A stretch of 61,342 bases of DNA, counting the filler, from Sphacelaria rigidula (Eukaryota), in NCBI GenBank assembly GCA_964200075.2. It is 5 parts of 5 records of this genome, joined end to end, with 100 filler letters (N's around TTAATTAATTAA, not from the genome) between each part and the next. Parts side by side here need not be neighbours in the genome. Positions count along the whole stretch, not along the records: positions 1 to 12,190 come from CAXNAA020004025.1; 4 more parts are not named here. One strand, written 5' to 3'. Shown piece after piece: positions 1 through 12,290 of the stretch (the first letter of the stretch is position 1; each line of letters begins with the position of its first letter). The notes below the pieces were generated by a model. The model made no database searches. It was given only the letters and a program-made list of their open reading frames with translations, and was not told the origin of the DNA. The position numbers and the translations under genes are program-made.

Positions 1-1055
1 AGCTCAGAATTGCCCAGAACGTGCAAGGGAGTATGCAGCGGCAGCTGCTGCTTCAGTCTTAATGTATTCCGAGGCGTGATGTTTTTTCTTCCGCCGAACG
101 ATTTCCAGCCAAGGGTGCATTACAAGTACTCTCTGTACAAATGTGGCCAGATGGACATTTTTCGAAACTGGCCGGAGGCGCCTACTAGAAAACTAGTTGG
201 TCTTGGGTGCTCGTTTTTGTCGGCCAAGGTCAGGTATCACTAGCCTGGGCGCACAACGTATCGTCAGTGGCGAGTTATTTTCCATCGAATGTTCCTGTAT
301 TCCTCATGCCCATGTGCATGGGCTCCTGAGTTAGCAATTCCTCGCGGATGAAGGAGATGAAAATTGTACTGACATCTCTTCATTTTCCCGTGCGAAGATG
401 TCGACACACACGCAGTATGTAGCACGTATCTTGTTCGGGACCAACTGCAGCGCACATCGTGATCGGGAGCAAGGCACACCTCTTGTTATGGCGCATCCTT
501 GCTCAGCTAGTACATCATACTCGATCCTGATAATATATATGCTTCTCTCTCTCTTATAAGGAATAGTAGTGACGGTGCTGGAAAGGCGAGCTCACGTCTG
601 CTGTGACCACGGGTTCGAGAGGTGGTGCTGATGTGCGAAAATGGTATTGGATAAGAATGCTGTACTTCCGCTGTCTCATAGGTTGGGGTACCTATGGGCA
701 ATACGTTGTCTAGGCACAACCGTGTTGGTGAGGATCACACCCTGGACAATACATTTTATTGTAAAAAAATGTAATGCGTACAGAATGGAATATTTTGTCT
801 GTTGCAATAGGCGCAATAGTCGATACTGTAAGCAGTACACTTTATTGCTGCGTTCTTTTGTCCAGGGTGTGGTGAGGATAGTATAGTCGGGTTCGTTGGG
901 GAGATGAAACGAAGACTAGGCTAGGAAAAAAAGAAAACGGGGTTACATTCCCTTGCTCAAAACGGGTTCAAATATACCCCTAACTTAGGAGACAGAGGAA
1001 GTATCTGTTGTCACAAACCCCCCGCTGCTCTTTCTTTTTTGTGACACACGCACAG

Positions 1056-1217
1056 GACCCTTGCTCTCCAGCGCCGTTATTGGCGGCAGCGTGCTGCTGC
1101 CTGGTTGGCTTGTGGCCATGCAGCTTCATCCCCTTCCTCGTTCCTGACATGCGCGACACGGTGCATCGATGTCCTAACTGCAACTTGACCGTTGGGCGAT
1201 CGCGGCAGTGTTTCTAG
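1056..1217 (+). CDS. LITAF-domain (zinc-ribbon) membrane-associated protein, terminal exon only
   Basis: Pyrimidine tract and CACAG acceptor at 1051-1055. The exon reads DPCSPAPLLAAACCCLVGLWPCSFIPFLVPDMRDTVHRCPNCNLTVGRSRQCF*, a hydrophobic Cys-rich stretch followed by IPF..D..H.CPNC...G, the LITAF C-terminal half-motif. Upstream exons were not found in this scaffold. Confidence 0.8.
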   Translation, partial: DPCSPAPLLAAACCCLVGLWPCSFIPFLVPDMRDTVHRCPNCNLTVGRSRQCF

Positions 1218-2980
1218 TTTTTTCCTGTCTCCCCACCTCACGCGACTATACGGTAGTTCTTCTCTTTTTATGTCGAAGATGTTGGCGGTATTTAGGGGTT
1301 GATGTGTTTTCGAAAGACAGGCGAAGGGCATTTCGTGTTTTGTTAGTAGGGTGTTTTTTATTATGCGTTCTGTTGTGTTTCGGTTTACCCTAGCTTCCCC
1401 CGCGAGGATTTTTGTGCAACGGCATTCTGTGTTTTATTTCTCAATGAGTGTTGTTGGGATCTCTGAAAGAGAAAACGTTTTTTGCAGCTCTGTGAACATC
1501 CCGTTTCCATGCCATTTGCGAGCAGGAGGCAGGGTTGGATGAGATGTGAGACGTGCAGCTGCAGTCACCCAGACGGTGATTATGCTCGTAAAGCACCGCG
1601 TGTAATTTTACCCGTCTTTTCCACAACGATGTGCAATCTTGGAAATACGGTAGCATGCGGAGAGTGTTCAGCGTAGGGGTAGGGGGCGGGGGGAGGCTGT
1701 CATATGAACATGATGTGGTATGACGGCAGTTTCGAGTGAAAAACTGGCATAGCATCCGTAGGGCTGAACAAGATGTGCGTGTACATAGAGTGTAGTGCGA
1801 ACCTGCTTGTGACTGTAGCGGGGTGTACCATCGTTTGATTTTCTTTGGTGTTCCAACACAACTTTACTTGCCGCTGTTACTGCTGCTATATCCTGGGGAC
1901 ATCTGTACCTTGCTTGTTGTGCCGTAAACACGCTGGTCGCGTTTCGCGCCGTAAACCCGTGGTTCTGTTGGTGCGCAGCAGACGGGGATTTGTATTTTTG
2001 TCACCTGTTCTCTGGGGGATTATGGCATTCAGTTTGAGTGCACTATTGACTTCCATCGCGGCGCCCCGCGCTACTCATATCCTTCAACACAATTTTAAGA
2101 ATAAAATATATCCGCTGCTTTTATCGCGTTGCAGCCGAAACAAGAACTGCCGCATCGCATACGCGACCCGGAGACCGCGGGGATAGTCCATCAGGATATC
2201 ATACATACTTTTTGCAAGTGAAACTATTGCCGATTCACGACATGACCTACTGTCGCTGTCGAAGGGTTACATCGCACCTATTGCTGCATCACGTCCCACA
2301 CTACGTATTGTGCCTCGCCTGCGCTTGTAACTTACTGGCAGCATGAAGAATGATTCACGTCATGAGTTCGGACCGGGTGCGCAGGAGAGGGGCCACCATC
2401 CTGCGTACTGAAACTATCGTACGTCCGCGCCATCATACCTCGTACGAGTACGACCCGGGCCAGCTGACATGAATTCTTGAATGTTTTCGGGTCAGGCGGT
2501 ACTAAATTTGAGGAGTCAGACGCTGAAATTTTGACACGAGGTTTTATTATCAACACGCGCAGCCGATCACTTCATGTGTGACACCGCTGCGCCCCTGTAA
2601 TCCAAGTGATACAAGAGACTCCGGTCATGGATATCACGAGTCCGAATCTCTAAATATCCTTTTTATTTCGGTCGCAGAATCTGGTTCCTTAGTTGAGGTC
2701 ATATTATATCATGCAGTGCATTGGAAGAAAAAAAGTTGGCCTGCAGTTCACAGCGATATTTGCTCAAGTCGGGTTGATTCGAGAAACTTGAGGAGTTTGT
2801 ATGCTTCACGACCGGTCCAGCTCGTCGTACTGTATTTTTCGTCATTTTTTTGTCTTCTCTCAATTCCTTTCCCTTCGCTTGCTTTTTTTTTTCAGTTTCT
2901 TGAGGCTCTTCTCATGGCTAACAAACAGCAGACCTGTGAGATTGCTGTTTTGGTCATTCTGTGTCGTTCTACGCCCTGTA

Positions 2981-3462
2981 AGAGGGCTAGTATGCAGATT
3001 TTGACACCTTGAAATGACTCACTTTAATCGTCAAGACGGTTTCAGGACATCTTTGCGTTTTTCTGTGGCTACAGTCTCATCCTTGAACAAACGCGTGTTT
3101 TGTCGAAGAACGGCTAAGAACGGTCAAGTCGAGCAGAGGAAACTGTTTTTTTTTACTTGACCGCCGATGGACAAAAATGCGAACTTTCCACACCTTGGAC
3201 AATATATGGTCGATAGATGCAGTAGACGAGAAGTGTACTGTATAGAGCATAGGCCTACTGCAACTGTTGCCGGCCGACAATAGTCGCAATAGGCCTATAC
3301 TCTATGCAGTATGTTTCTCGTCCATTGCAACTGTTGATGTATTGTCCAAGGTGTGGAATTTTGCCGAAAAAACTCCGGCCGCAGGAAAACACGCAGATGT
3401 TTCTGAAATCAGCTCAGCAAGTGGAGCAAGTCATTTCAAGGTGTCTGAATTTTCTAGCCCTC
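2981..3462. repeat. Long imperfect palindrome (foldback element remnant)
   Basis: Centre CGGCCG near 3270. The arms TTCCACACCTTGGACAATA / TATTGTCCAAGGTGTGGAA and AGAGGGCTAG..GACACCTTGAAATGACT / AGTCATTTCAAGGTGTC..CTAGCCCTCT are reverse complements. Confidence 0.75.
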
Positions 3463-3572
3463 TCTCAAGGCCGTCAAACAACGCAAAAAGACAAAAAAAA
3501 CTGGGAGTTTTACATTCCTTTTTTTTTCATGAGCTGCCGAAGTTTGTGGGCCCCCCTTTCAACCCCGATTTC

Positions 3573-3831
3573 GAGTGACGTTACGGTAGGAGTGCACACA
3601 TATCTTTCTGAGGTTAGAATTACCAGTAGCCCTTTATCTCATGCAAAATACGACCTATGGAAAAATATAAAAGTATTTCAGGATTACTGCTGCAATGTGC
3701 TGGGGATATCCCGAATTAATTTGCAAGCGGGGATGCCCTAACCCATATTTTTTGTGCAGCTACAATCGTTGGGAGCCCCTGAAATAGGTATAATTTCGCG
3801 GAAAAAGTGCACCCCTACCGTCACATTGCTC
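3573..3831 (+). mobile_element. MITE family A (~256 bp, GAG...CTC TIRs, Sola2-like), copy 1
   Basis: TIRs GAGTGACGTTACGGTAGGAGTGCAC / GTGCACCCCTACCGTCACATTGCTC. The internal sequence is shared with five other copies in the window. Confidence 0.85.
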
Positions 3832-4058
3832 TTCCCACTCGTCTTCTTTCTTCAGCTTGTGTTTGCGTTTGGTTGCACCCTAGACACATCGATTGTGTGG
3901 GTAATGATCACGACAGGCTGGGCCCCTCGAGGACCAGTTAACGTGTCATCAACCGACGACTGAACCAAGTCCCACCAGTCGCTCTGGAACAACGAGGACG
4001 ACAGTCACCACTCGTAGTACTCAGGAATGCCGGCTCTTTTACCGTTAGTGACATGTTC

Positions 4059-4364
4059 AACAGTGCTTTCGTGAGATTAAGAGTAGATGATACGATCGAG
4101 AGTGAAAAGCGGTCAATCAGTGAATGAATCGTTTCAGTTCCGAGATGCACTTCCACGAGGCCCAACATGCTTCTTGCAATTGCTGATAGCTGGCCACTGA
4201 GGCCCTTCATATCCCTGAATAGGGTGTCGACGTGTAGCTGTCAGCACACGCAACTATTGAAGGTAAAGAAAAACACATGTGGAAAGAAAAAATAACTCAC
4301 TAAGCGAATGATCAAAGCCATGCTCAATCGTATTATCTACTCTTAATCTCACGAACATGTTGTT
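4059..4364 (+). mobile_element. MITE family B (~300 bp, TIR AAC...TTCGTGAGATT(G/A)AGAG), copy 1
   Basis: TIR TTCGTGAGATTAAGAGTAGATGATACGAT / ATCGTATTATCTACTCTTAATCTCACGAA. Colinear with 33771-34073; related pieces at about 5105-5280 and 29035-29100. Confidence 0.75.
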
Positions 4365-7300
4365 CGTGAGATTAGGAACTTTTTCTAGTTTGGAACGAGA
4401 CGTTTTTCGCGGCATACACGGACACGGTCAGATAGTCGACGTGGTTAGGCGAACTTTAATGAGGCGGTCCAGGATTCCAGTCGAGAACTGGCGTCCGGAT
4501 CATTCTCCGCCGATATCCGCTCGGAAAGAGGGCGAGGCGGATGTTGACTTGGACTTGCTCCACTCGTTGAGACCGTTCCAGGGCACCTCCGTGTTTCCCG
4601 CTGGTCACACCTTCGTTCATGACCACATGAGGCCAGACACGAATTTTCGGTGAAAAACGGTCAGATGATCAAAATTCTTCCCTGTTTTTGATCAGGTAGT
4701 GAAGTTGTAGCTAGGATCATTTCTCCCCGTACAACACTTCCGTTGTTTATAGCTACACGCCGATGTCCCACTTCAGGGTGTCAAAGGGTTTAGTGTCAAG
4801 CCAAGACATGAATCTAGTTACGAGGTGGGGCACATATCTTGTTACCTTTCCTCAAACCTTCTGGGAACATTGAGGGCGCCTCAGGAGGAGATAAGAAGCA
4901 ACCCCGGAAGTACCTCGTCGTCGACGGACAGGTCATGCTCCGCTGTTCCGCATCGGGGTAATGAAAATCAAGAGTGATGGGGGATACGTGTATCCTTTCA
5001 AGTAGATCCCGACCGCAAATAACGTGGGTAGCGTGTGAACAATCCATGATCTACACGCCTCCAAACTACAAGAGGCAAGATGAACTACTATCGAGATCAA
5101 GGGCATTTCCGACAGATTGAGAGTAGAGGGTACGATTGGTTGTTGGAAGCGGTGAGGTAGTGAAGAACAATTTCTGTTCCGATATCCCCCTGTAGTAGCT
5201 TGTCACGAAGATCCTTGATATTCTTGAGTGGCGTATCGACGTGTAGCTGTAAGCACACGCCAGCGGGAAAGGCAAAGAGGAGCACGTGCCGAATGATTCA
5301 ACCTCTTATAGATCAACCATCCTCTCAATTTTAGACGAACATTAGTGAATATTCCTTTGCAACCTGTGAACTTCGCTATGTCAGTAAAATCTTCCTCATA
5401 AACGACGGGCTCCAGTGCATGCCTTCTCGAACTTATCGACATGGGTGAAACACCATGTTTGAAACAGCACATTTGTTGAGGGGCAACAAACGAGATGCTT
5501 TCGTCATGGCACCATCTATCAAGAAACATCACGCAACAACTCGCGACAAAGTGCGAAGGGAGACCTCGTCAATGAGGAAAGCTAGGCATCTATAACACAA
5601 CCACCAAAACCACACATCATCGATCTACAGTCCGAGAGGCGACGACGCCACGGATAATTTGTCCGACAAATACACAAACACGTACACAGCAGGGCGGAAA
5701 ATATTCCACTCGTCGGTATCTGCTCCCCCCAGATGACCGCAGGAAGCGACAGCCTCAGGACTTGGCCTTCATACTTGGGCGTCAGACAATTTTCCGTCAG
5801 CCGAGAGCCTGAAGAAGCCCACGGGACAAGGCAGACATGGTATTCAAGGCAAAAGTACTCGACAGTGCAGACCCGCGGAAAACATCGCAGCCACGATATG
5901 CACAATTCCCTGAACAAAGGTCGGCTATCCCGTCCACGGTAGATGTCGCACCAGTGAAGATACATGTGCACCCTACTGTAGAAAATCGACCATGATAATT
6001 TCGAAAAGCCTACACTCCACATCTACTTCGGCCATCCCTGATGAGTAGGATCAGATATTGCACACGCACTGAACGGTCTTGACACAGTACCTGTAATCGA
6101 CCTTGAGGCATCGCTCTGGGCGCGTTGCGTTGCGTGCCTCAGAGAGTAAGGCCGAGGCGGAAGTCAAGAATATTTACACTGACTAACCAGGACCTACACG
6201 GGCCAAGAAGCACGGCACGCGATGAACGTCCTGGCATCCGTTATCGCCAACCATAATATACACTAGTTTGGACTACGTTGTGTGTGATGGGAACCAATTC
6301 CGGCTGCCTTATTGTCATAAAAACGAGAGACAGCTGTTGATCTCGTAGCTATACAATGCCATCAGGCTGCGCTACGTCGAGGTACTTCTTCGACGCTCCT
6401 TCTTCTTGCTGAGCTTCCTCTCCGTTTCTCCGGCATGTTCATCCATAGCACGACTCTTGTGCCGTTGGACCACTTCAGTCGCGGGGTCGTCTGGGCGTCT
6501 CGCTCTCTTCTGAGGCGCGGTCGTTACGTCCGTGAAAAAAACATTCACATGAAGAACATTAGAGGGAATTCACAATCAATGAGGCTTTGTCCCAGATATT
6601 CTCGAGACGTCCATGTAGGGGACAGTCTTCGCTCATTCTTCTTGAATCAGACAAGTGCGGTCGATTTTTTCTTGCCGATCTCATGGGTCCACCGCGTTCA
6701 TCTCTCTTCAAGGCCTTCACTCAAAATTATGAAACTAGCGGCGTGCGGAGAAGAATGCCATGAGGTAAAAAGCAATCGTTTTCGATTGAAAACATACTTA
6801 GAAAGGCACCTCCCATCTTACAGGCCATCACGCCAAGTAACACCTGTTGACGGGACCATGCAAACTCCATCCAACTCATCCTGAGCTATCACCGCAACCC
6901 TGCAGCTTTGAGCACAGGAGGTGCAGTAGTCGGGTGTGCTTCGTTTATTTTTCGTTAGCGAAAGCTTGCACATCTCATATCATGGTAGGGATCAGCGACG
7001 GAACTGCGTCGTACGGTGGGCAACCGAGTTGCATGTGCGCTCATGAACAGTGTAGGCAGTACAAAGCTGCGCGTTGTTGAAGTCCTTCCCACGTCTTTTG
7101 TAAGCACAGAAAAAATATTGTCCCAGACTGTTTGCACAGCACGTTGACTGCTTCTCGTCCAATTTTCCTGTGTGAAACACACACTCACTGAACACACCCT
7201 GCTTGGGAGCACTGCGGACAGTACAGACTGTACCAAGCACGAGTGACCATGTGCCGTTACACGCTCTCCACTGTTTTCTTCACCCGAAAGCTTGTGTTCA

Positions 7301-7984
7301 TCCGGACCCTACTTCATCAAACCGAGATTTTCTTGCTCAGATCGATTCCACCGACTCATTTTTTCGAGCGAAAAGGTGCCGAGACATTTCGAGAAGACTA
7401 ACCAAGCTGAGTGTGTTTGACAGCACCGGGGTGCCGATAGACACCCCATTACCATGTGTAACGGTTTTCGAGAATAATCAAGGTTGTGTTCGCGCCTGTG
7501 GCTACATCCTAATTGAGAGCTCGCATCACCCGTAGAACATAACCTTGAAAATTTCCGACTGACGAATCAAGAATACCATGATTCAGAGAAAAAAGCGGGG
7601 GCAGTCATGGAGTATGATATTTCATCGGGATACTCCTTGCATTACCCTAGCTCTCATCGGGATGCTCCTTGGATCACCACATCTCTTTACAGTACACGCC
7701 CTGTCCTTGGTTTCGCGGATTGGATCGGCACCCCCGCACCACCGCGTCAACTCAAGTTGCGTAAACTCGATCGACTCCTGCCCGTCTACTCGAGTGCTCA
7801 CGCTGTCGACGGTGGAACAAACCCAGATGCACTGTCGATCGAACCCCTGAATCTCCCGGGCTCTACACAATAATGGATTACAACAGTTCTTCAGACTCTG
7901 TTGAGATATCGTAGCAAGAGTAGCAAGACCACGATACAACTCACACAAGCACACCCACCCTGCTGTTGAGATCGAAATTGGCAG

Positions 7985-8183
7985 TGATGTAGGCCAGAAC
8001 GGAGAGCAACTTTCCTCGATCGGTACGGCAGCGACGCATTGCTGCGCCGCTGCTGTGATGACCTCAAAGTTGCACCTAGTGTCCGACCTCTGGAATTTCG
8101 CGAAGGAAAACCGAGTTTATTTCCCAAAGCACCGGCTTCTATCATTCATGGTCAGGAATGAAGAGAATTTGACAAGGTTTGGG
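7985..8183 (+). repeat. ~200-bp direct repeat, copy 1 (exon-like)
   Basis: Near-identical to 9929-10127 and bounded by TAG| and |GTTTGG. Confidence 0.9.
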
Positions 8184-9928
8184 GGTTCCGGGTACGGCCA
8201 CCGCAGCACACACGTGCAGTTAACCCAAGGGCCATCATGGAGAGTGAGCATGCAAACGTCTGTGTCCAACTTGTCGTGACACGAGAATGAGTACATAGTG
8301 CATTGATGCGCAGTTTCGCAGTCTTTTCAAGGTAGGCGATGTCATGACATGGCGTTTGTCGAGTATGGTGGAGAAGACAGTCATCACGACGACCGAAGAC
8401 ATTTCACGGTTAGGACAAATCATGACTCAAAATCACCAAATTCGCGATTTCTTCGGCCTGATTGTCCGAAAGGGAGAACAAAATTGATCGCTGGTCCAAG
8501 GAGTATCCACGCAACTTTCGCACCATTCCAGGTGTCTGGGCTGCGTGTACCTGGGTTGCAACGCTGAAACAAAGCCTGGGGATTGATTCGTTACGAGTCG
8601 ACTCGTCATACCAAAACCAAGTAATTTACAGACGAATCATTATTTGTCCCACCCCCACCCTTGAAGCATTTACGGTGTATTCGGAAAGTTATCTCCTTGG
8701 GCAGAAGTGTTACCCGTCCGTGTGTATCAATCGGAATATCCAAAAGCCGGTACTATTCCAAAACGAAAGAAGCTCCACGAACGGAACCCCCCAAACATGT
8801 GGGCGAAATGAGTACCATATCCTGCGACATCGGTGACCCGGACAACGATCACGAAACCTAGGGGGCACAATTAACGCTACTTGCTGCCGGGAGGGCATGT
8901 ACACATTCTCGACACCACAGAGGATGAGAATCGAAATAAACTACCGTCTGCATCCTAGCAATGGATGAAAAACAAAACCCGTGGGGCCCACATCAACTGA
9001 CCTTTGACGGTGTCTTCATTGGTGCAATTGCAGAAAGTGACGGTTTTGAAACGGCTGCCGGTACGTTGAAGACATCGGCACCACCAGCATCTGTTGGTTT
9101 TGGCCTCGCCTGTGGTGACGGGCCATCGTCCGTGGCCAGGGCACTTTCCCGCCGACTTTTTTTCTTCTTCGCCGACCTTAGATTGTTCTTGCCGTCTGCA
9201 CTGCTGGCAGTTGGATCGCTGGCAATTCTCGCTTCGACGGCTTCGTAGATCTGTTGGAGCTGGAATAGGGTTTCGTCTGGAACACGGCACACTAGCTCTT
9301 GAGAGTCGACGTCGGCGTCCACGGCCTGGGAAGTACCGTCGCCGTTCAACTCGTCCCCGCGCAGCGATACTTCCTGTCGTTGGTTCTCTTCCACGAACCT
9401 GTTGACATTGTGAGGGTCGTCGGGGTATTCTAGGTCGTCAACGGAGAATAGAGATAAGCTTAGTATGATGCTTCGCCGGATCGTTCCGCCGGTGGGGAGT
9501 CTTTCATGCGAAGTGTTGTGAACGGTATCCCATCCTCTGTAGCTAAAACCAGATTCAAATCGTCATCTGGGCTTACCCATCAGTGGCCGAACTGAGGCGA
9601 AAACTGACCTCACTTGGACAAACGCGTTTCTACACGGCGTGACTCCCCGTGGAACAAATTTGTTTTTATGTTCTCATAGGAATCAAGTGTCTCGAAACCA
9701 AGAGGCCGCCTTCATGGACGCTTGGAATCTGATGTTATGCCACCGAATCGTGAAACCTACGAGTATACTGTGTTTCGAAGACGGGGTGGGGATTGGGGTC
9801 GGCCATCTAGGGACGGTCATGAATTCCGTCTTCGGTCAGGCTCGACACGGGGTGAATAGCAAAGTGATGAAAAAAATGCATCGTACCCGGCCCGCCTTCA
9901 TCCGCCTCGTGTGTTGACTACGAAAAAA

Positions 9929-10127
9929 TGATGTAGGCCAGAACGGAGAGCAACTTTCCTCGGTTGGTACGGCAGCGACGCATTGCTGCGCCGCTGCTGT
10001 GATGACCTCAAAGTTGCGCCTAGTGTCCGACCTCTGGAATTTCGCGAGGGAAATCCAAGTTTATTTCCCAAAGCACCGGCTTCTATCATTCATGGTCAGG
10101 AATGAAGAGAATTTGACAAGGTTTGGG
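9929..10127 (+). repeat. ~200-bp direct repeat, copy 2
   Basis: Near-identical to 7985-8183; the flanks are unrelated. Confidence 0.9.
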
Positions 10128-12190
10128 TCACGTTTCGCCACCTGGCAGTTGAGTGAACGAGCATTCGCGATATTGCGGGCGGTAGCGTCTGGAAGTTCCA
10201 TCCGTTCGGTACTGTCTTCAAAGCAGTCATAATTAAACCACAGCTCAGCTTTTGCAGGATGCTGACGACTCCACGTCAGTAGATCTCACTATTAGTACCC
10301 GCAAAACTGAGCTTTTGAACTGCCTGCAGTTCAAAGATTCATTTCTGGACTGGCTCGTACCGTACAAAGTCGTGCACAACGATTTTGACTTCATCTAGTG
10401 TTTTAGCCAGGGGCAAGGGGACAGTTCATCCATGATGCGAAGACGTGATTCCGCCGTTGACAAATTCGACGGCCTTCGCCGCACTGCAACTAGCCCAATG
10501 TTGGGGTAATTTGTTGCACTCGACTTGGCAACACATAATGAAGGCCCATAGCTTTCTCATCATCAGGGTGTCAGGTGAGCGGTCGTCAGTGAATCCAATG
10601 GCGTTCAAAACCGGAGGTGTTATACTACCCTTCCATGGGCACATGTTTCCTACCACACATAACCCAAGACGAAGACGCCACGCTGAGAGTTACCCAGGGC
10701 CGGCAAGGCAGGTTTCGAGGCATCCCGTGCTTGTGACAATGTCTCACGTCATCACATCCGACAACCAAGGAACATCAACACAGAGTCGGCCTAACTGTGC
10801 CAAAGTCGTGTAATCTTACCCGTGTTTCGTACCTTACAGGAGCCATCTGTTCGGGGGAATCCGCTCCTACACCGGATTTTCGAGTGTCTAGTAGGAGAGC
10901 AGTCTGAACGTATGCTGCGTGGGAAAATAGGGGGTGAACTCCCAGACCATAGCGTAGCACAGGAAGTACAGCATTTGGCGTAGTAACAGCCAAGAAGTTG
11001 GCTTGCCCAGCACCACAAAAAGGCCGTTACACTCGGTGTTCCGTGCTGTGCTGTGGCGTGTTGCGCTTTACTGCGCTCCTGCTCTGTAGGCTGATACTGG
11101 ACCCGACTGTACTACATACCGGTAGTCTGCTCTCAAATATGAATGCGCTGAGAACATACATACCGTCGTAATCGTTTGGCCATCTTCGGAAGAGAAAGGG
11201 GCTTCCTCTTGGATACGGAAATCTCTGCCCAGGAATCCATGCTTCACTGAGTCCTGCCTTGGAAGTGTGTGGACGTGAGGGTCAAGAAACACATGGTGGG
11301 AGGCAAACGGGTACTCACTACCCTACACACACCATTTGCCATTTTCAACATTCACATTCCTTGCCATGTTCCAAGATTTTGTGACTAATGTAGGATAAAG
11401 TATGCTCTTCACACCTATTTACGAAATTAAGCAGGGGGCAGTTTGTTATCACAAGCGATGTGTCACTGCACGTATCCCTCTTCGACCGAGGATTTGCCAT
11501 CCATTAGGGACAACACCTCTCGTTGACCGCAGGTCTGAGCGATTCGAACCGGTGTGAGGTCTAGACCAAACGCCACAACACGAGTACAGCCGGCTGCTTA
11601 CAATCGGGCTCCGCGCCCATAGGGTAACTTGTGCATTGATGTGCGCAACTTGATTAAAGTATTGGACTCATATTTTTTCAAAGGTCATGACCTGAATAAC
11701 GCCTGCCAATTCAAAAAATCATTGATGTGCATTGATGTGCACAGCCAATCAGAGCCCACAGAAGCGAGAAGTATGGCACGAACGTGCCGCGGCGCAGTTG
11801 AATTGATGGCGCAGCCGTGTGAGCAGCAGGGCGGTTTGGATAGCGATTTCGTTGTCTGTTTGGTGAGATGCATCACTAGCGCATCCACTGCACGCAACAC
11901 ATCGGTTCCGCACCGAATGATTAAGTAAGGTACTATATTCACAATGCCCGAATAAGCTTTGTGCAGCCTTCTTATATGGTGTGTGTGTCGCCAGCAGTGG
12001 TTGTGCTGTTGGCGTCAAGTGCGGTCGCCGTTCGCAAACCCAGGAGAAATTGACTTGTTTTCGATGTGAAGATCAGGAAAGATCAGGAAAAATCCAGTAG
12101 CAACCTGCCTGCCTTCTGTGCTGCACAGACTGCACGCTACGGCACCGTCTGTACGCTAGGTAATGTCTACAGCTCGTGGTTTGGCGAGTG

Positions 12191-12290
12191 NNNNNNNNNN
12201 NNNNNNNNNNNNNNNNNNNNNNNNNNNNNNNNNNTTAATTAATTAANNNNNNNNNNNNNNNNNNNNNNNNNNNNNNNNNNNNNNNNNNNN
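12191..12290. other. Artificial scaffold-joining spacer (N44-TTAATTAATTAA-N44)
   Basis: The 12-mer gives stops in all six frames and is flanked by 44 N on each side. Identical spacers recur about every 12.29 kb. Confidence 0.97.

Noticed and set aside
12235..12246. TTAATTAATTAA palindromes recurring every ~12.29 kb
   Set aside because: These are assembly linkers embedded in fixed N runs, not biological motifs.
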